64,000 nucleotides of DNA from contig JBCCHT010000034.1 in NCBI GenBank assembly GCA_039028615.1, positions 32,001-96,000 on the forward strand. Reading direction: 5' to 3'. The notes beneath the pieces were generated by a model. That model did not search any database. It saw only the letters and a program-made list of their open reading frames with translations, and had not been told where the DNA came from. This document shows positions 41,561 to 51,376 of the stretch, in pieces (position 1 is the first letter of the stretch; each line of letters opens with the position of its first letter). This stretch comes from Myxococcota bacterium. Lineage in GTDB: Bacteria > Myxococcota_A > Polyangia > Nannocystales > Nannocystaceae. The translations under genes and the position numbers were made by a program.

Positions 41561-44413
41561 TCAGAGTGGGGCACTTCGCGACGGGGGCACGTGCTCGGCT
41601 CGCCAAGTCTCGAGCTCGCGCAACGAGATCTTGCCTCGGGGCCCGCCCTCGACCAGCTCCACCCGCGCCCGCACGAGCAACCGTTGCACTTCGTCCCGAG
41701 GCGCTCCCGCGTCATGGCGCGCCCGGGCCAACGTGAAGCCGATCTCTCCGCGGAGCGCCAGCGGCAGACCGAGGTCGCGGGCGCTCGTGTGCAGCTGCTC
41801 CAGCGTCACCGCTGCCTCTGCGGCATGGCCCCGCCGTCGCTCGAGGTCGGCCCGGACCATGCGGCTCTGCAGCGCCGACTCGGAGTCCTCCCCCGATTGC
41901 TCGTTCCAGATCGACGTGACCCGATCGAAGATCACCGCCGCCTGCTCGTGCCGCCCTTGGTCACGTTCGAACTCGCCCAGTTGGTTCAGCGTGATCGCGA
42001 GATCGGGATGGGTGGGCCCCAGGGCGCGCTCGAAGATCTCGATCGCCCGGTGCAGCGAAGCCTCGGCCTCTTCGACTCGGCCCACCGCGCGCGCCGAGTT
42101 GCCCAGGTTGCTCAGCGTCGCGCCCACGAAGTGGTGGTCGGGGCCATAGGTGCGCTCGAAGATCGGGAGCACCCGCTCCAGGTCGGCGAGCGCCTCGCCG
42201 TATAGCCCCAGCTCGTGCTTGGCGATGGCCACGCTCAAGCTCGCCAGGGCCGTCCGCGGATGCTCCTCCCCGAGCAGCTCCACGAGCTCCGCCTGGCTGT
42301 GCTGATAGCTGGCCAGCGCCTCGTCGGGCCGCCCCTGGCTCAGCAGCGCATTGCCCAGGTTGACCCGCTGCCCCGCCAGCGTGGCCACCGAATCACCCGC
42401 CACGGCGCGCCGCATGGCGATGGCTTGCGTATAGGCGTCGATGGCTTCTTCGACGTCTTGGTGCCGATACCACACGCTGCCCATGTCGTTGAGCAACGAC
42501 GATCGCAGCACCGGGTCTCCCCCCATGCGATCCAACACGGCATTGGCCATGTCGTACCAGGCCCGCCCCTCGTCGAAACGGGCCTGGCGATCGCCGACGA
42601 CGGAGACCAACCCGTTGCCCGCTCGCACCGCGAGACGATCGTTGCCCGTTCGAAGCGCTGCCGCGACCACCTCGCGATACTCCCGCTCGCCCTGCTCGTA
42701 GTCGGCCTTGGCCACGAACACCCGGCCCAGCTCCATGCGCAGCTCGAGGCGAGCGAGCGCCTCCCCCAGGTCTTCGCTGTCGGCCAGGGCCGCGCTGGCG
42801 AGCGCCTCTGCCTCGTCCAGCCGCGACATCGAGCGCAGCGCCTTCACTTCGCGCACGCGCTCTTGCACGGCTGCGGCTCGCTCCGCCAGGGCCGGATCGA
42901 TGGGCGGTGCGGAGCGGGACCGGAGCCGCTCGTCGTCGATGCAGCGATCGGCGCTCGGGAGCCCGTTGACGGCCGTCACCGCGTGCAGCGACGAGTCGGC
43001 CTGGCCGTTCTCGATGACGTGCAGCACCGCATCGAGCTCGTCGTTGCGCTCTTGGAGGCACTGCATGCGCAGATCGAATAGCTCCGCCGATTGCTCGCGG
43101 TGCAGGTGATGGGCCTCGCAGGTCTGCTGGTAGACCTCTTTCCAGCGCCCCGTCTTGTCGTCGACCTCGGCGTGCACTCGGCTCCAGGCATGCTCGGCGT
43201 AGGCCTCGTCGCCGGCCTCGATGGCCCGGCGCACTCGGCCCTGGCGCTCGCCCGTCCACAGCGAATCCACCCGAGCACTCCCGTCGTCGCACGCCGGATC
43301 GTCGGAGGCGGCGCTGCGCCCCGCGAAGAAGGTCGCCACCGCGAGCAAGCCGGCCCCGGCCACGACCGAGGACGCGCGTCGCCACAGCGCCACCGGTTGG
43401 GCCTCGAGGGCAGCGAGCAGCTCGGTCATCGAAGGCCAGCGCTTGCTGGGGCGAGCCTCCAGGCCGCGGAAGATCACCTGATCGACCCACGGCGGCACAC
43501 GACTGTCGAGCGGCGGCAGCTCGACCGTGCCGTGCTGAATTCGCTTCACCCGCTCCGAGGGCGACGAGCTCCGGTACGGGTCCTGCGAATAGAGGGCACG
43601 GTAGAGAGCCACGCAGAAGCTGAACTGATCGCTGCGGGCATCGACCTCGCCTCCGCGCTGCTGCTCGGGAGCCATGAACAGCGGCGTCCCGATGATGATG
43701 TCGTTGCGGGTGAGCGGGGTGCTCAGGACGTCGGAGTCGAAGGGGTTTCCGCCGCCGCCAGCCTCGACCTCGGACAGAGCTGCCGCCGAGATTGAAGCAG
43801 GGTCCCCCGTCAGGCCGTCCGAGCCGCCCTGCGACGACGGATGACTGGGATCGACGCGCGCGAGGCCGAAGTCCAGCACGCGGGGTCGCCCGTCTTCACC
43901 CACCAGCACGTTGTCCGGCTTGAAGTCACGGTGCACCAGGCCCGCCTGATGCGCCGCCTCGAGGCCGCGCCCGGCCTCGATGAACATCGCGCGGATCTCC
44001 GGGGCGGAGTGCGTCCCTTCCCGCAGCCACGAGGTCAGCGTGGTGCCCCGGACGTACTCCATGGTGATGAACACCAGGCCGTCGTGCATGCCGACGTCGT
44101 AGACGTTCACCACATTGGGGTGAGACAGCTTGGCGATGGCCTGCGCCTCACGAGTCATGCGAGCCGCCGCCGCCGCGGCTTCGTAGGGATCGTCGGAACG
44201 ACGCCGCAGCAGCTTGAGCGCGACATGCCGGTTCAGCGAGGGATCGTGCGCGAGATAGACCACGCCCATGCCCCCCGAGCCGAGCTCGTGCAAGATGAGA
44301 TAGCGACCCACCTCGGTGCCCGTGGCGAGCGTGGGCTGCGGCCGCAGCGAGGCCTCGAGGTCCTGGCCGAGCGGAACCGTCGACACGCCCGCGTTCGCGA
44401 TTGCGCGCCTCAT
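41561..44413 (-). CDS. Membrane Ser/Thr kinase with TPR repeats
   Basis: GSGGMGVV, HRDFKPDN, DFGLA, APE; TM segment; TPR-like 'HP..A..L.NLG' repeats. Confidence 0.9.
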   Translation of the reverse strand: MRRAIANAGVSTVPLGQDLEASLRPQPTLATGTEVGRYLILHELGSGGMGVVYLAHDPSLNRHVALKLLRRRSDDPYEAAAAAARMTREAQAIAKLSHPNVVNVYDVGMHDGLVFITMEYVRGTTLTSWLREGTHSAPEIRAMFIEAGRGLEAAHQAGLVHRDFKPDNVLVGEDGRPRVLDFGLARVDPSHPSSQGGSDGLTGDPASISAAALSEVEAGGGGNPFDSDVLSTPLTRNDIIIGTPLFMAPEQQRGGEVDARSDQFSFCVALYRALYSQDPYRSSSPSERVKRIQHGTVELPPLDSRVPPWVDQVIFRGLEARPSKRWPSMTELLAALEAQPVALWRRASSVVAGAGLLAVATFFAGRSAASDDPACDDGSARVDSLWTGERQGRVRRAIEAGDEAYAEHAWSRVHAEVDDKTGRWKEVYQQTCEAHHLHREQSAELFDLRMQCLQERNDELDAVLHVIENGQADSSLHAVTAVNGLPSADRCIDDERLRSRSAPPIDPALAERAAAVQERVREVKALRSMSRLDEAEALASAALADSEDLGEALARLELRMELGRVFVAKADYEQGEREYREVVAAALRTGNDRLAVRAGNGLVSVVGDRQARFDEGRAWYDMANAVLDRMGGDPVLRSSLLNDMGSVWYRHQDVEEAIDAYTQAIAMRRAVAGDSVATLAGQRVNLGNALLSQGRPDEALASYQHSQAELVELLGEEHPRTALASLSVAIAKHELGLYGEALADLERVLPIFERTYGPDHHFVGATLSNLGNSARAVGRVEEAEASLHRAIEIFERALGPTHPDLAITLNQLGEFERDQGRHEQAAVIFDRVTSIWNEQSGEDSESALQSRMVRADLERRRGHAAEAAVTLEQLHTSARDLGLPLALRGEIGFTLARARHDAGAPRDEVQRLLVRARVELVEGGPRGKISLRELETWRAEHVPPSRSAPL

Positions 44414-44844
44414 GGCTTCGCTGCCGGTCTCCACCAATCCCACCGAAAATGCCTATGCGGAGCCAGGCCCGCCGGTTACGGAGCAGCTATTCGAACCGTG
44501 TGTAATGGAGTCCATGATCACGGGACTTCGGGGTGCAAGGCCGATCTCGAACATGTGCACCCTCGACCGACAGAGGCTTCACCTCATCGACCGGACGACG
44601 AAAAGTCGGACAAACGACGTCCTCTACTTTCCACGAAGTGGCAGACCGTTACACCGAATCGACCGAAGTCCATCGACATCGATCGTGGCCACGAAACCGG
44701 GAGCAGAGGGGTGTTCTGCAGATACGCACTCTGCGTGTGGAGCGGTGGTCGGTTCCCCCACGACTCGTTCGAATGGTCGACGTAACGCGGGTACAGACCT
44801 ACATCGCAGCAGACATGCACAGGCCTCCGCTGGGCCGCGAAGAC

Positions 44845-45903
44845 TCACACATTTGTGCGCACCATGGCTCGCACCATGATCGTGCACAGCAGCCTCGGCT
44901 CGATGGGCTTGTCGACGAAGAAGTCGGCCCCCGCCGCGAACTGAACCCGCTTGCTCTCGCTGCTGGTCAGGCCGGAGACCACGATGACGCTCCGCCGCGG
45001 CTCTTGTGACGCCAGCTCGACCAACTCTCGCCCCTGGCCATCGGGCAGCACCGCATCCACCACCACGATCTCCGGCTCGAGCTCGGCCAACCGTTGCTGC
45101 CCTTCGGCCAACGTCGACGCCGGGATCGTGGTCAGCCCCAGCGCCTCGAAGGGCCGCACCATGCCCGTCCGATGCACCAGGTCATCACCCACCACCAACG
45201 CCGTTCGCGGGCTCAAGCCATGACCGACGACGATGGCCCGCCCCACGGTACCGATGAGCTCCAGCAACGCGACGGTGAGCTCGAGCCGACCTTCACACTC
45301 TCCCACTCGGGCTCCGGCGGCGGTCATCTCGGGGAACCCGAAGCTGGTCCCGGTGCCTTTGAGGCGATGCGCGAGCTTCCTTGCGTCCCGCTGCGCGTCC
45401 TCGTTGCCGACCTGGACCCCATCGATCGCGAACGCGAGCTCGACCAACGGCACGGACAGCGACTGCACGAAGGCACGGCGAAGCTCGGCCGGGACGCAGG
45501 AGTCCATACTGGGCCCAGAGCCCGCCGCAGGGGCATTCAGCAGCTCGCGAACGAGGTCGAGCAGCGCCTCCGGTTCGGCCAGCGGCTTGGCGAGGTGACC
45601 GTCGAAGCCCAAGCTCAAAAAGCGCTCTCGGCTGCCTCCCGCATGGTCACCCGTGACCGCCACCACCGGTCGGCTGCCGACCTCCGCATTGCGTCGAAAG
45701 TGCGCCAGTACATCGCGACCATCGAAGCCCGGCAGCGAGATCTCCATGAGGACCAGGTCCGGCACACAGCGGATCAAGCCTTCGATCGCCTGAAAACCGT
45801 CTTCGAACTCGAGGACCTCGAATTCCTCGCCCAACCACGCCGACACCGTCCGGCGATGGTCGGCGTCGTCATCGACCAGCGCGATTCGTTTCATGGGAGC
45901 CAC
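44845..45903 (-). CDS. Receiver-Hpt-receiver phosphorelay protein
   Basis: REC1 (LVDDD...KP), Hpt AHRLKGTG, REC2 (VVVDAVLPD...KP). Confidence 0.8.
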   Translation of the reverse strand: MAPMKRIALVDDDADHRRTVSAWLGEEFEVLEFEDGFQAIEGLIRCVPDLVLMEISLPGFDGRDVLAHFRRNAEVGSRPVVAVTGDHAGGSRERFLSLGFDGHLAKPLAEPEALLDLVRELLNAPAAGSGPSMDSCVPAELRRAFVQSLSVPLVELAFAIDGVQVGNEDAQRDARKLAHRLKGTGTSFGFPEMTAAGARVGECEGRLELTVALLELIGTVGRAIVVGHGLSPRTALVVGDDLVHRTGMVRPFEALGLTTIPASTLAEGQQRLAELEPEIVVVDAVLPDGQGRELVELASQEPRRSVIVVSGLTSSESKRVQFAAGADFFVDKPIEPRLLCTIMVRAMVRTNV

Positions 45904-46242
45904 ACCCGACTCGGCGGATCACGATACCGCAACGACTCGATGAATCACGAGTGACCTCGTTCCAACGTCTGCACGTTGCCCGGATGCCGCGACCTCGCTG
46001 TATGTCGGCCTCTCACCATGCATCGTTGGCGAGCGGACCGCCGCATCGTCCGTCCTCGATCGGGACAAACAACAAATCGAGGAAGTCCTCGCTTGGCTCG
46101 AACCCCTCGAGCGATTAACATGATCCAACCTGTCATACCTTCCACTGTGACAGCACCCGCTTCGTCGCCCTCGGTCGGCGAAGGTACGCAGACGAGACGG
46201 GCTCGGGACCAGGTGTGACACTGGGTCTTCGTCGGCCAAACG

Positions 46243-47580
46243 ATGAGCCAGCACCCAATGGCGGCGAGAGACAAGGCCACAGCCGACTCATTGGCACCTT
46301 CGCCGTCCGCCAGCGAGGCCACTCATCGATGTGAGCACTTCACCCGCGAGGCGCGAGGCGACCTCGAGCCGGGCCTGGTCATCGACGACAAGTACGTCCT
46401 GCGGGAGAAACTCGGCGCGGGAGGCATGGGGGTCGTGTACGCGGCCCTCGACCAGCGCCTCGATCGTGAGGTCGCGATCAAGGTCATCTACTCGAGCGCC
46501 GCATCCGACCCCGAGCTGGCGGTGAAGATCGGCGACGAGGGCCGAGCGATGGCCAAGCTTCGTCACCCCAACGTCATGGAGATCTATGACGTCGGCTCGT
46601 ACGAAGACCGCCCCTATATGGTCATGCCGCTGTGCCCTGGCCAGAACCTGCTCGCCTGGGTCAGCGGTCAGGGCCGGGGTCCCATCTCGCCTCCCGTCGC
46701 CATCGGCATCATCGGCCAGGCCTGTGCGGGGGCCAAGGCACTGCACGGCATCGGGCTCGTCCACCACGACATCAAGCCCACCAACATCATCATGTCGCCC
46801 TCGTACGAGGTCATCCTCGCCGACCTCGGGCTCACGCGACGCCGGATGGAGCACGAACCCACCGAAGACTTCACGGGCACGGTGGGCTTCGTGGCGCCCG
46901 AGTACCTGGGCACGGAGCCCGTGCCCTCTCACCTCGCCCACAAGACCGACATCTACGCGCTGGGCGTCACCACCTACTGGCTGCTCACCCGACGCATGCC
47001 GACCGGGAAGGGCACGTTTCGGGAGATCTTGGACAAGCAGCTGGCGGGAGACATCCTGCCGCCGAGCGAGGTGCGACCGGAGCTCCCCAAGATCTTCGAC
47101 CGCATCGTGCTGCGAGCCCTCCAGCTCGATCCCAGCCTGCGCCCCGAGGCGGCCGAGTTCCAAGCCGAGCTGTTCAAGGCCCGGGACGCCCATCCTCGGG
47201 CCGACGTCGAGCGCCAACGGTTCATCCTCGTGGTCGACGACGACCCCGCCGCGCTGAAGCTCACCGCCGAGTACGTGGCCTCGTCATCGGAGGCCGAGGT
47301 CGTGACCACCACCGATCCCAAGGCCGCGCTGTCGATCATCGAGAGTCGGCCGCCCGATCTGGTCATCTCCGACCTCGAGATGCCCGACATCAACGGCGTC
47401 GAGCTGGTCGCATCGGTCCGCGGCAACCCCCGCACCTGCAAGGTCCCCATCGTCATGGTCACCGGGGTGGGCGGCGCCAAGGACTGGAACCTGCTGCGCA
47501 GCATCGGCGTCGATCGGTTCCTGCTCAAGCCGATCGACCCCCAGGTCCTGCGGGACACCATCGGCCGCGTGTTGAGCTGA
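46243..47580 (+). CDS. Ser/Thr kinase fused to a C-terminal receiver domain
   Basis: GAGGMGVV, HHDIKPTN, DLG, APE; REC VVDDD..SDLEMP..LKP. Confidence 0.88.
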   Translation: MSQHPMAARDKATADSLAPSPSASEATHRCEHFTREARGDLEPGLVIDDKYVLREKLGAGGMGVVYAALDQRLDREVAIKVIYSSAASDPELAVKIGDEGRAMAKLRHPNVMEIYDVGSYEDRPYMVMPLCPGQNLLAWVSGQGRGPISPPVAIGIIGQACAGAKALHGIGLVHHDIKPTNIIMSPSYEVILADLGLTRRRMEHEPTEDFTGTVGFVAPEYLGTEPVPSHLAHKTDIYALGVTTYWLLTRRMPTGKGTFREILDKQLAGDILPPSEVRPELPKIFDRIVLRALQLDPSLRPEAAEFQAELFKARDAHPRADVERQRFILVVDDDPAALKLTAEYVASSSEAEVVTTTDPKAALSIIESRPPDLVISDLEMPDINGVELVASVRGNPRTCKVPIVMVTGVGGAKDWNLLRSIGVDRFLLKPIDPQVLRDTIGRVLS

Positions 47581-47585
47581 GCCCG

Positions 47586-50500
47586 TCAGGACTCGGAGAC
47601 CATCGCGTCGTAACACTCGAGGATCACCCGCTGGGTCCGATACTCGCCGTGCGCCTGCGTGTCTTTGCGCCGCACGATGAGGAACGAGTCGAGCACGTGC
47701 GCGAGTTCATCGCGACTCAGCCCGTGGCACCGCAGGGCAAAAAACGCCTCGAGCTCGCTGGTGAGCCGCAGGCGCTGCTCGGGCTCCAGCGCCTCGGTGA
47801 GGGCCTGTGCTGCCACGCCGCGCTCGCGCAGCGCCGCGTCCACGTCGGTGGAAAACTGCGCCACCCCGGCTCCCGCTCCCGTGAGCCTCGCCACCCGCCG
47901 GGCCACGAACGCCACGTCCTCGGGCTCCAAGCTGCGCACGAAGGGCAGGCTGTCGAGCACCGTGTACGTCATCGAGAGGCTGACCTTCATGCGCGCCAGG
48001 AAGTCCATGACGAAGGTGTTGGCCAGCCCCAGCCACAGCGCGTAGTCCAGCGCGCCGCCACCTTCGAAGACGATGGTCGGGACCTTGTGACCGCACACCA
48101 CTCCCGACGGGATGAGAGCCGCGACGAGGGTGCGTTCGTTGGTGGGGCTGGCGACGTCGCAGAAGCCGATGCGGTAGCGATCGTAGCGTTGCTCGAGCTT
48201 GGCGGGCAGCTTGGTCGGTGCCAGTCGCCACTGCGGGTCGACCACCTTGCCCTCGCTGCCGAACGCCAAGGGTTCCCACACCGCCTTGCGGCCACGACCG
48301 CTGCGGTAGCCCTTCGCCCGGTGGTCGTAGTGCGCCACCATCCGCCCCTCGTATACGGCGATGCCCGCGGGGTCGGCATCGAACAAGTGCCGGTCGTTGC
48401 CCATGTCGAGCTCGCGCATGTAGTGGCGGTGGGGCTGCCCCGGCACCGCGTCGCCGAAACGAGGCGCGCCCGCGTAGACCTTGCGCGCCACGTCGATGTC
48501 GGCCTGCGTGGCGAACTCCATCAGCGCCAGCGCATGAGGGCTGAACTCACGCACCAGCGAGACCGGCACCTGCCGCAGCTCGGTCAACGCCGTCGCCAGC
48601 TCGCGCGGTCCTCGGATCACGAACGCGGTGGGCAGCTGCTCCGTCTCGCCGGGCAGCTGCGCCACGTACAGGCAGAACTTGGTGCGCGAGTCGACGTTGT
48701 CGAACCAGGCGTGACGTGCGTTCTCGAAGCCCAGCAACAGCTCCACGTGCGACCGCTCGAAGAGCGCCTCGCGAATCGCCATGCAGTTGGCTCCGTTGTA
48801 CAGCCCCTCGGGGACGATCTGCGAGCAGCGCCCCCCCTCCCGCACGATCGAAAGGGCCGTCTCCACGAACATGCGGAACACGTTGAAGTCGCCCTTGCCC
48901 AGGTTGCCGGGGGCGAACAGCGCATAGCGACCACTCCGCTTGATGAAGTGCATCGCCGCGTAGATGTCTCGACACGAGCGCGCCCACGCTTCGTCGATGA
49001 TCGGGTCCTTGCGCAGCGTGGCGATGGCCTGCTTCTGCTCGGCCGGGGTCAAAAACCGCACCTGAGGATCCCACGCGGCGAAGAACTCCTTGGCATCGGG
49101 GCTCAGCGTGTCCCACGGCGGGTTCCCGAGCACGACGTCGAAGCCCCCACGCGCAAACACGTGGGGGAACTCGAGCGGCCAGTGGAAGAAGCCGTGGTGC
49201 TGCGCCAGGGCCCGGGTCATCGATCGAGTCGGAGAGTCGGCGGGCAGCGGCTCGGCCAGCGCCTGTCGGAGGGTGGCATGGGTCGGCGCCACGTCGGTGG
49301 CTTCGCCCGATTGCTTGGGCCACACGAACGCCGCACACCACATGTCGGCCACCGACCGCGCGTGACGATACGCGTCGCCCTCGCGGATCTCCTGCCACCG
49401 CGCTCGCTTGCGCGCCAGCTGGGGCGCATCGTCTTCCGGTAGCGCCTCGAGAGCCGTCATCGCCTCGGCCAGGCTCGACCCCGTCGGCTCGGGTGCCTCC
49501 TCGGCTTGCGTCGCATCCCGCTCGCTGCGATTGCGTTTGCGGAGGAGCTTGGCCGCCTCTTTGTCGTCGCCGTCCAGCGGCTTCCAAGCGTCGTCGGGAA
49601 GACCCGCCGCCACCAGCGACGGCGTCGTCCCCAGCAGCGCGTTGCCGTGGCGGATATGCGAGTCGAGCCACGGCACGGGATGGCCCTGCTCGAGCGCTTC
49701 CATCCACAAGTTGGCGGTACACAGCTCCACCGCCATGGGATTGAGGTCGACGCCGTAGATGCAGCGAGAGACCACCCGTCGCAGCGCGTGCCGATAGGCA
49801 TCGACCGTGGGCGTGCCCCCCGATTGCAGGCGCGCGACATGAGACGCCAAGCGACGCGCCGCCCCCAGCAGGAAGTGTCCGCTGCCGCAGGCCGGGTCCA
49901 CGATGGTCAGCTCGAGCAGGGTCTCCGCTTCGCGCCCGGGGTTGTCGGCCAGGGTCTTGGCCACCACGGGCTCGAGCGCACGGTCGAGGACCACCTGCAC
50001 CAGGCTCTCGGGGGTGTAGTAGCTGCCGGTCGACTTGCGCGTGCTGCCCTTGGGGCCGTCGCTCGAGGCAAAGGAGAACGAGCGGGCGTGGTCGCTGACC
50101 TGCGGCACGAGCTCGAGCAAGCTCTCGTAGACGCTGCCCAGCTCCTCGGGTCCCATGTCGCGCCAGTTGACGCGGGACAGGCTGGAGCCTTGGTCCTGAA
50201 ACCATGACAGGTGGCGCATGCCCTGCATCGCGAAGCGGTTTTCGAGGCGCGCCGCGTCGAGGGCGGGGCAGCGATCGGGAGCGAACAGACCGCCGAGCGC
50301 AGGCAAGCCGAGCGCGGCCTCGCCTTCGACCAGGCATCGAAAGACCACCTTCACGCCCTCGAAGACGTCGTGGTGCCGATCATGCGCCCCATGGCCGACG
50401 GCGCGATCGCGAAGCCGCCGCATGCCGTAGCCCTGGGCGTAGCGCTCGCGGGCAGTCGCATCGGCATCGGGAGCGAAGAGCACCTGCCGCTCCTCCGCGC

Positions 50501-51374
50501 CCAGCAAGAAGATCAGTCGATAGACGAGCCGCAGCAGCTGCTGAAAATAGGCACTCGGGCCCAGCGTGCCGCCGCTGAGATCTCGGCGCAGCGCGCCGTT
50601 GTCCGGGTGGGCTAAAAACCCCTCGCCGAACGCGAGCAAGGCCGCCTCGACGCCCTCCCGCAAGCGCTGTCGGGCCCGCGTCCCTCGCTGACGCCCCTGC
50701 GCTCGCCATCGCTCCAGCGTGGAGTCGTCGGGCTCGGCGTCGGCGGGCCCAAAGCGCGACTGGTGCACCAAGAGCCACAGCGCGGCGAAATCGGGATAGG
50801 CGTCGTCCTCGAAGATGCGGACGAGGTCGGCCTGAATCCACGCCGGTCGGGTGAGGCGTCCCGTCGCACGGAGCAGGCGTAGCTGGAGGCCGTTGCTCAC
50901 CAGCCCCCACGCGGTCGAGGCGCGAGCGTTGAGCTGCTCTTGGCAATAGCCGAACGCGCTGCGCTCGTAGCCGCCGTCGGCCCAGCGAGCATCCCGGCCA
51001 TCGAGGCCAATGCCGGCTGGCGTGATGACCACGGGCACGCGCCCGCCCAGCGCGGTGTGAGCCGGACCGGGCTCGGCCACCAGCGACTCGAAGCCTAGAC
51101 ACTGGCCGAGCAGGGTCTCGACCCACGCGACGGTCTCCCCGGCGTCGTCGTCGGCACCGGTCCGTGCCATGTCGAACTGCCGCCACGCGACCCGGGCTGC
51201 CGACCAGGCCCGGTTGATCGCGTCGCGCAAGCCTCCGGTGTGCTCCGGCCCAAGGCCGTAGTCCCCCGCCGACTGCTCGCCCGCCTCCTGCGTGGCGACG
51301 AGGCTCAACCACTCCGGCGGCAGCAGGCCCCCCTCGATGGTCAGGGCATCGAAGCCGATCGGGGAGTGAGGCAC
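47586..51374 (-). CDS. N6-adenine DNA methyltransferase, type IIG/Eco57I-like (DISARM DrmMI-like)
   Basis: ELGSVYESLLE, GSYYTP, DPACGSGHFL, GFDVVLGNPPW; C-terminal TRD. Confidence 0.88.
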   Translation of the reverse strand: MPHSPIGFDALTIEGGLLPPEWLSLVATQEAGEQSAGDYGLGPEHTGGLRDAINRAWSAARVAWRQFDMARTGADDDAGETVAWVETLLGQCLGFESLVAEPGPAHTALGGRVPVVITPAGIGLDGRDARWADGGYERSAFGYCQEQLNARASTAWGLVSNGLQLRLLRATGRLTRPAWIQADLVRIFEDDAYPDFAALWLLVHQSRFGPADAEPDDSTLERWRAQGRQRGTRARQRLREGVEAALLAFGEGFLAHPDNGALRRDLSGGTLGPSAYFQQLLRLVYRLIFLLGAEERQVLFAPDADATARERYAQGYGMRRLRDRAVGHGAHDRHHDVFEGVKVVFRCLVEGEAALGLPALGGLFAPDRCPALDAARLENRFAMQGMRHLSWFQDQGSSLSRVNWRDMGPEELGSVYESLLELVPQVSDHARSFSFASSDGPKGSTRKSTGSYYTPESLVQVVLDRALEPVVAKTLADNPGREAETLLELTIVDPACGSGHFLLGAARRLASHVARLQSGGTPTVDAYRHALRRVVSRCIYGVDLNPMAVELCTANLWMEALEQGHPVPWLDSHIRHGNALLGTTPSLVAAGLPDDAWKPLDGDDKEAAKLLRKRNRSERDATQAEEAPEPTGSSLAEAMTALEALPEDDAPQLARKRARWQEIREGDAYRHARSVADMWCAAFVWPKQSGEATDVAPTHATLRQALAEPLPADSPTRSMTRALAQHHGFFHWPLEFPHVFARGGFDVVLGNPPWDTLSPDAKEFFAAWDPQVRFLTPAEQKQAIATLRKDPIIDEAWARSCRDIYAAMHFIKRSGRYALFAPGNLGKGDFNVFRMFVETALSIVREGGRCSQIVPEGLYNGANCMAIREALFERSHVELLLGFENARHAWFDNVDSRTKFCLYVAQLPGETEQLPTAFVIRGPRELATALTELRQVPVSLVREFSPHALALMEFATQADIDVARKVYAGAPRFGDAVPGQPHRHYMRELDMGNDRHLFDADPAGIAVYEGRMVAHYDHRAKGYRSGRGRKAVWEPLAFGSEGKVVDPQWRLAPTKLPAKLEQRYDRYRIGFCDVASPTNERTLVAALIPSGVVCGHKVPTIVFEGGGALDYALWLGLANTFVMDFLARMKVSLSMTYTVLDSLPFVRSLEPEDVAFVARRVARLTGAGAGVAQFSTDVDAALRERGVAAQALTEALEPEQRLRLTSELEAFFALRCHGLSRDELAHVLDSFLIVRRKDTQAHGEYRTQRVILECYDAMVSES

Positions 51375-51376
51375 GG

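Noticed and set aside
41561..44413. STK-TPR as a novel system by itself
   Set aside because: A very common expanded family in myxobacteria.
44444..44844. Small ORFs or ncRNA in a lower-GC intergenic region (also 45904-46242)
   Set aside because: No recognisable protein motif or well-supported structure.
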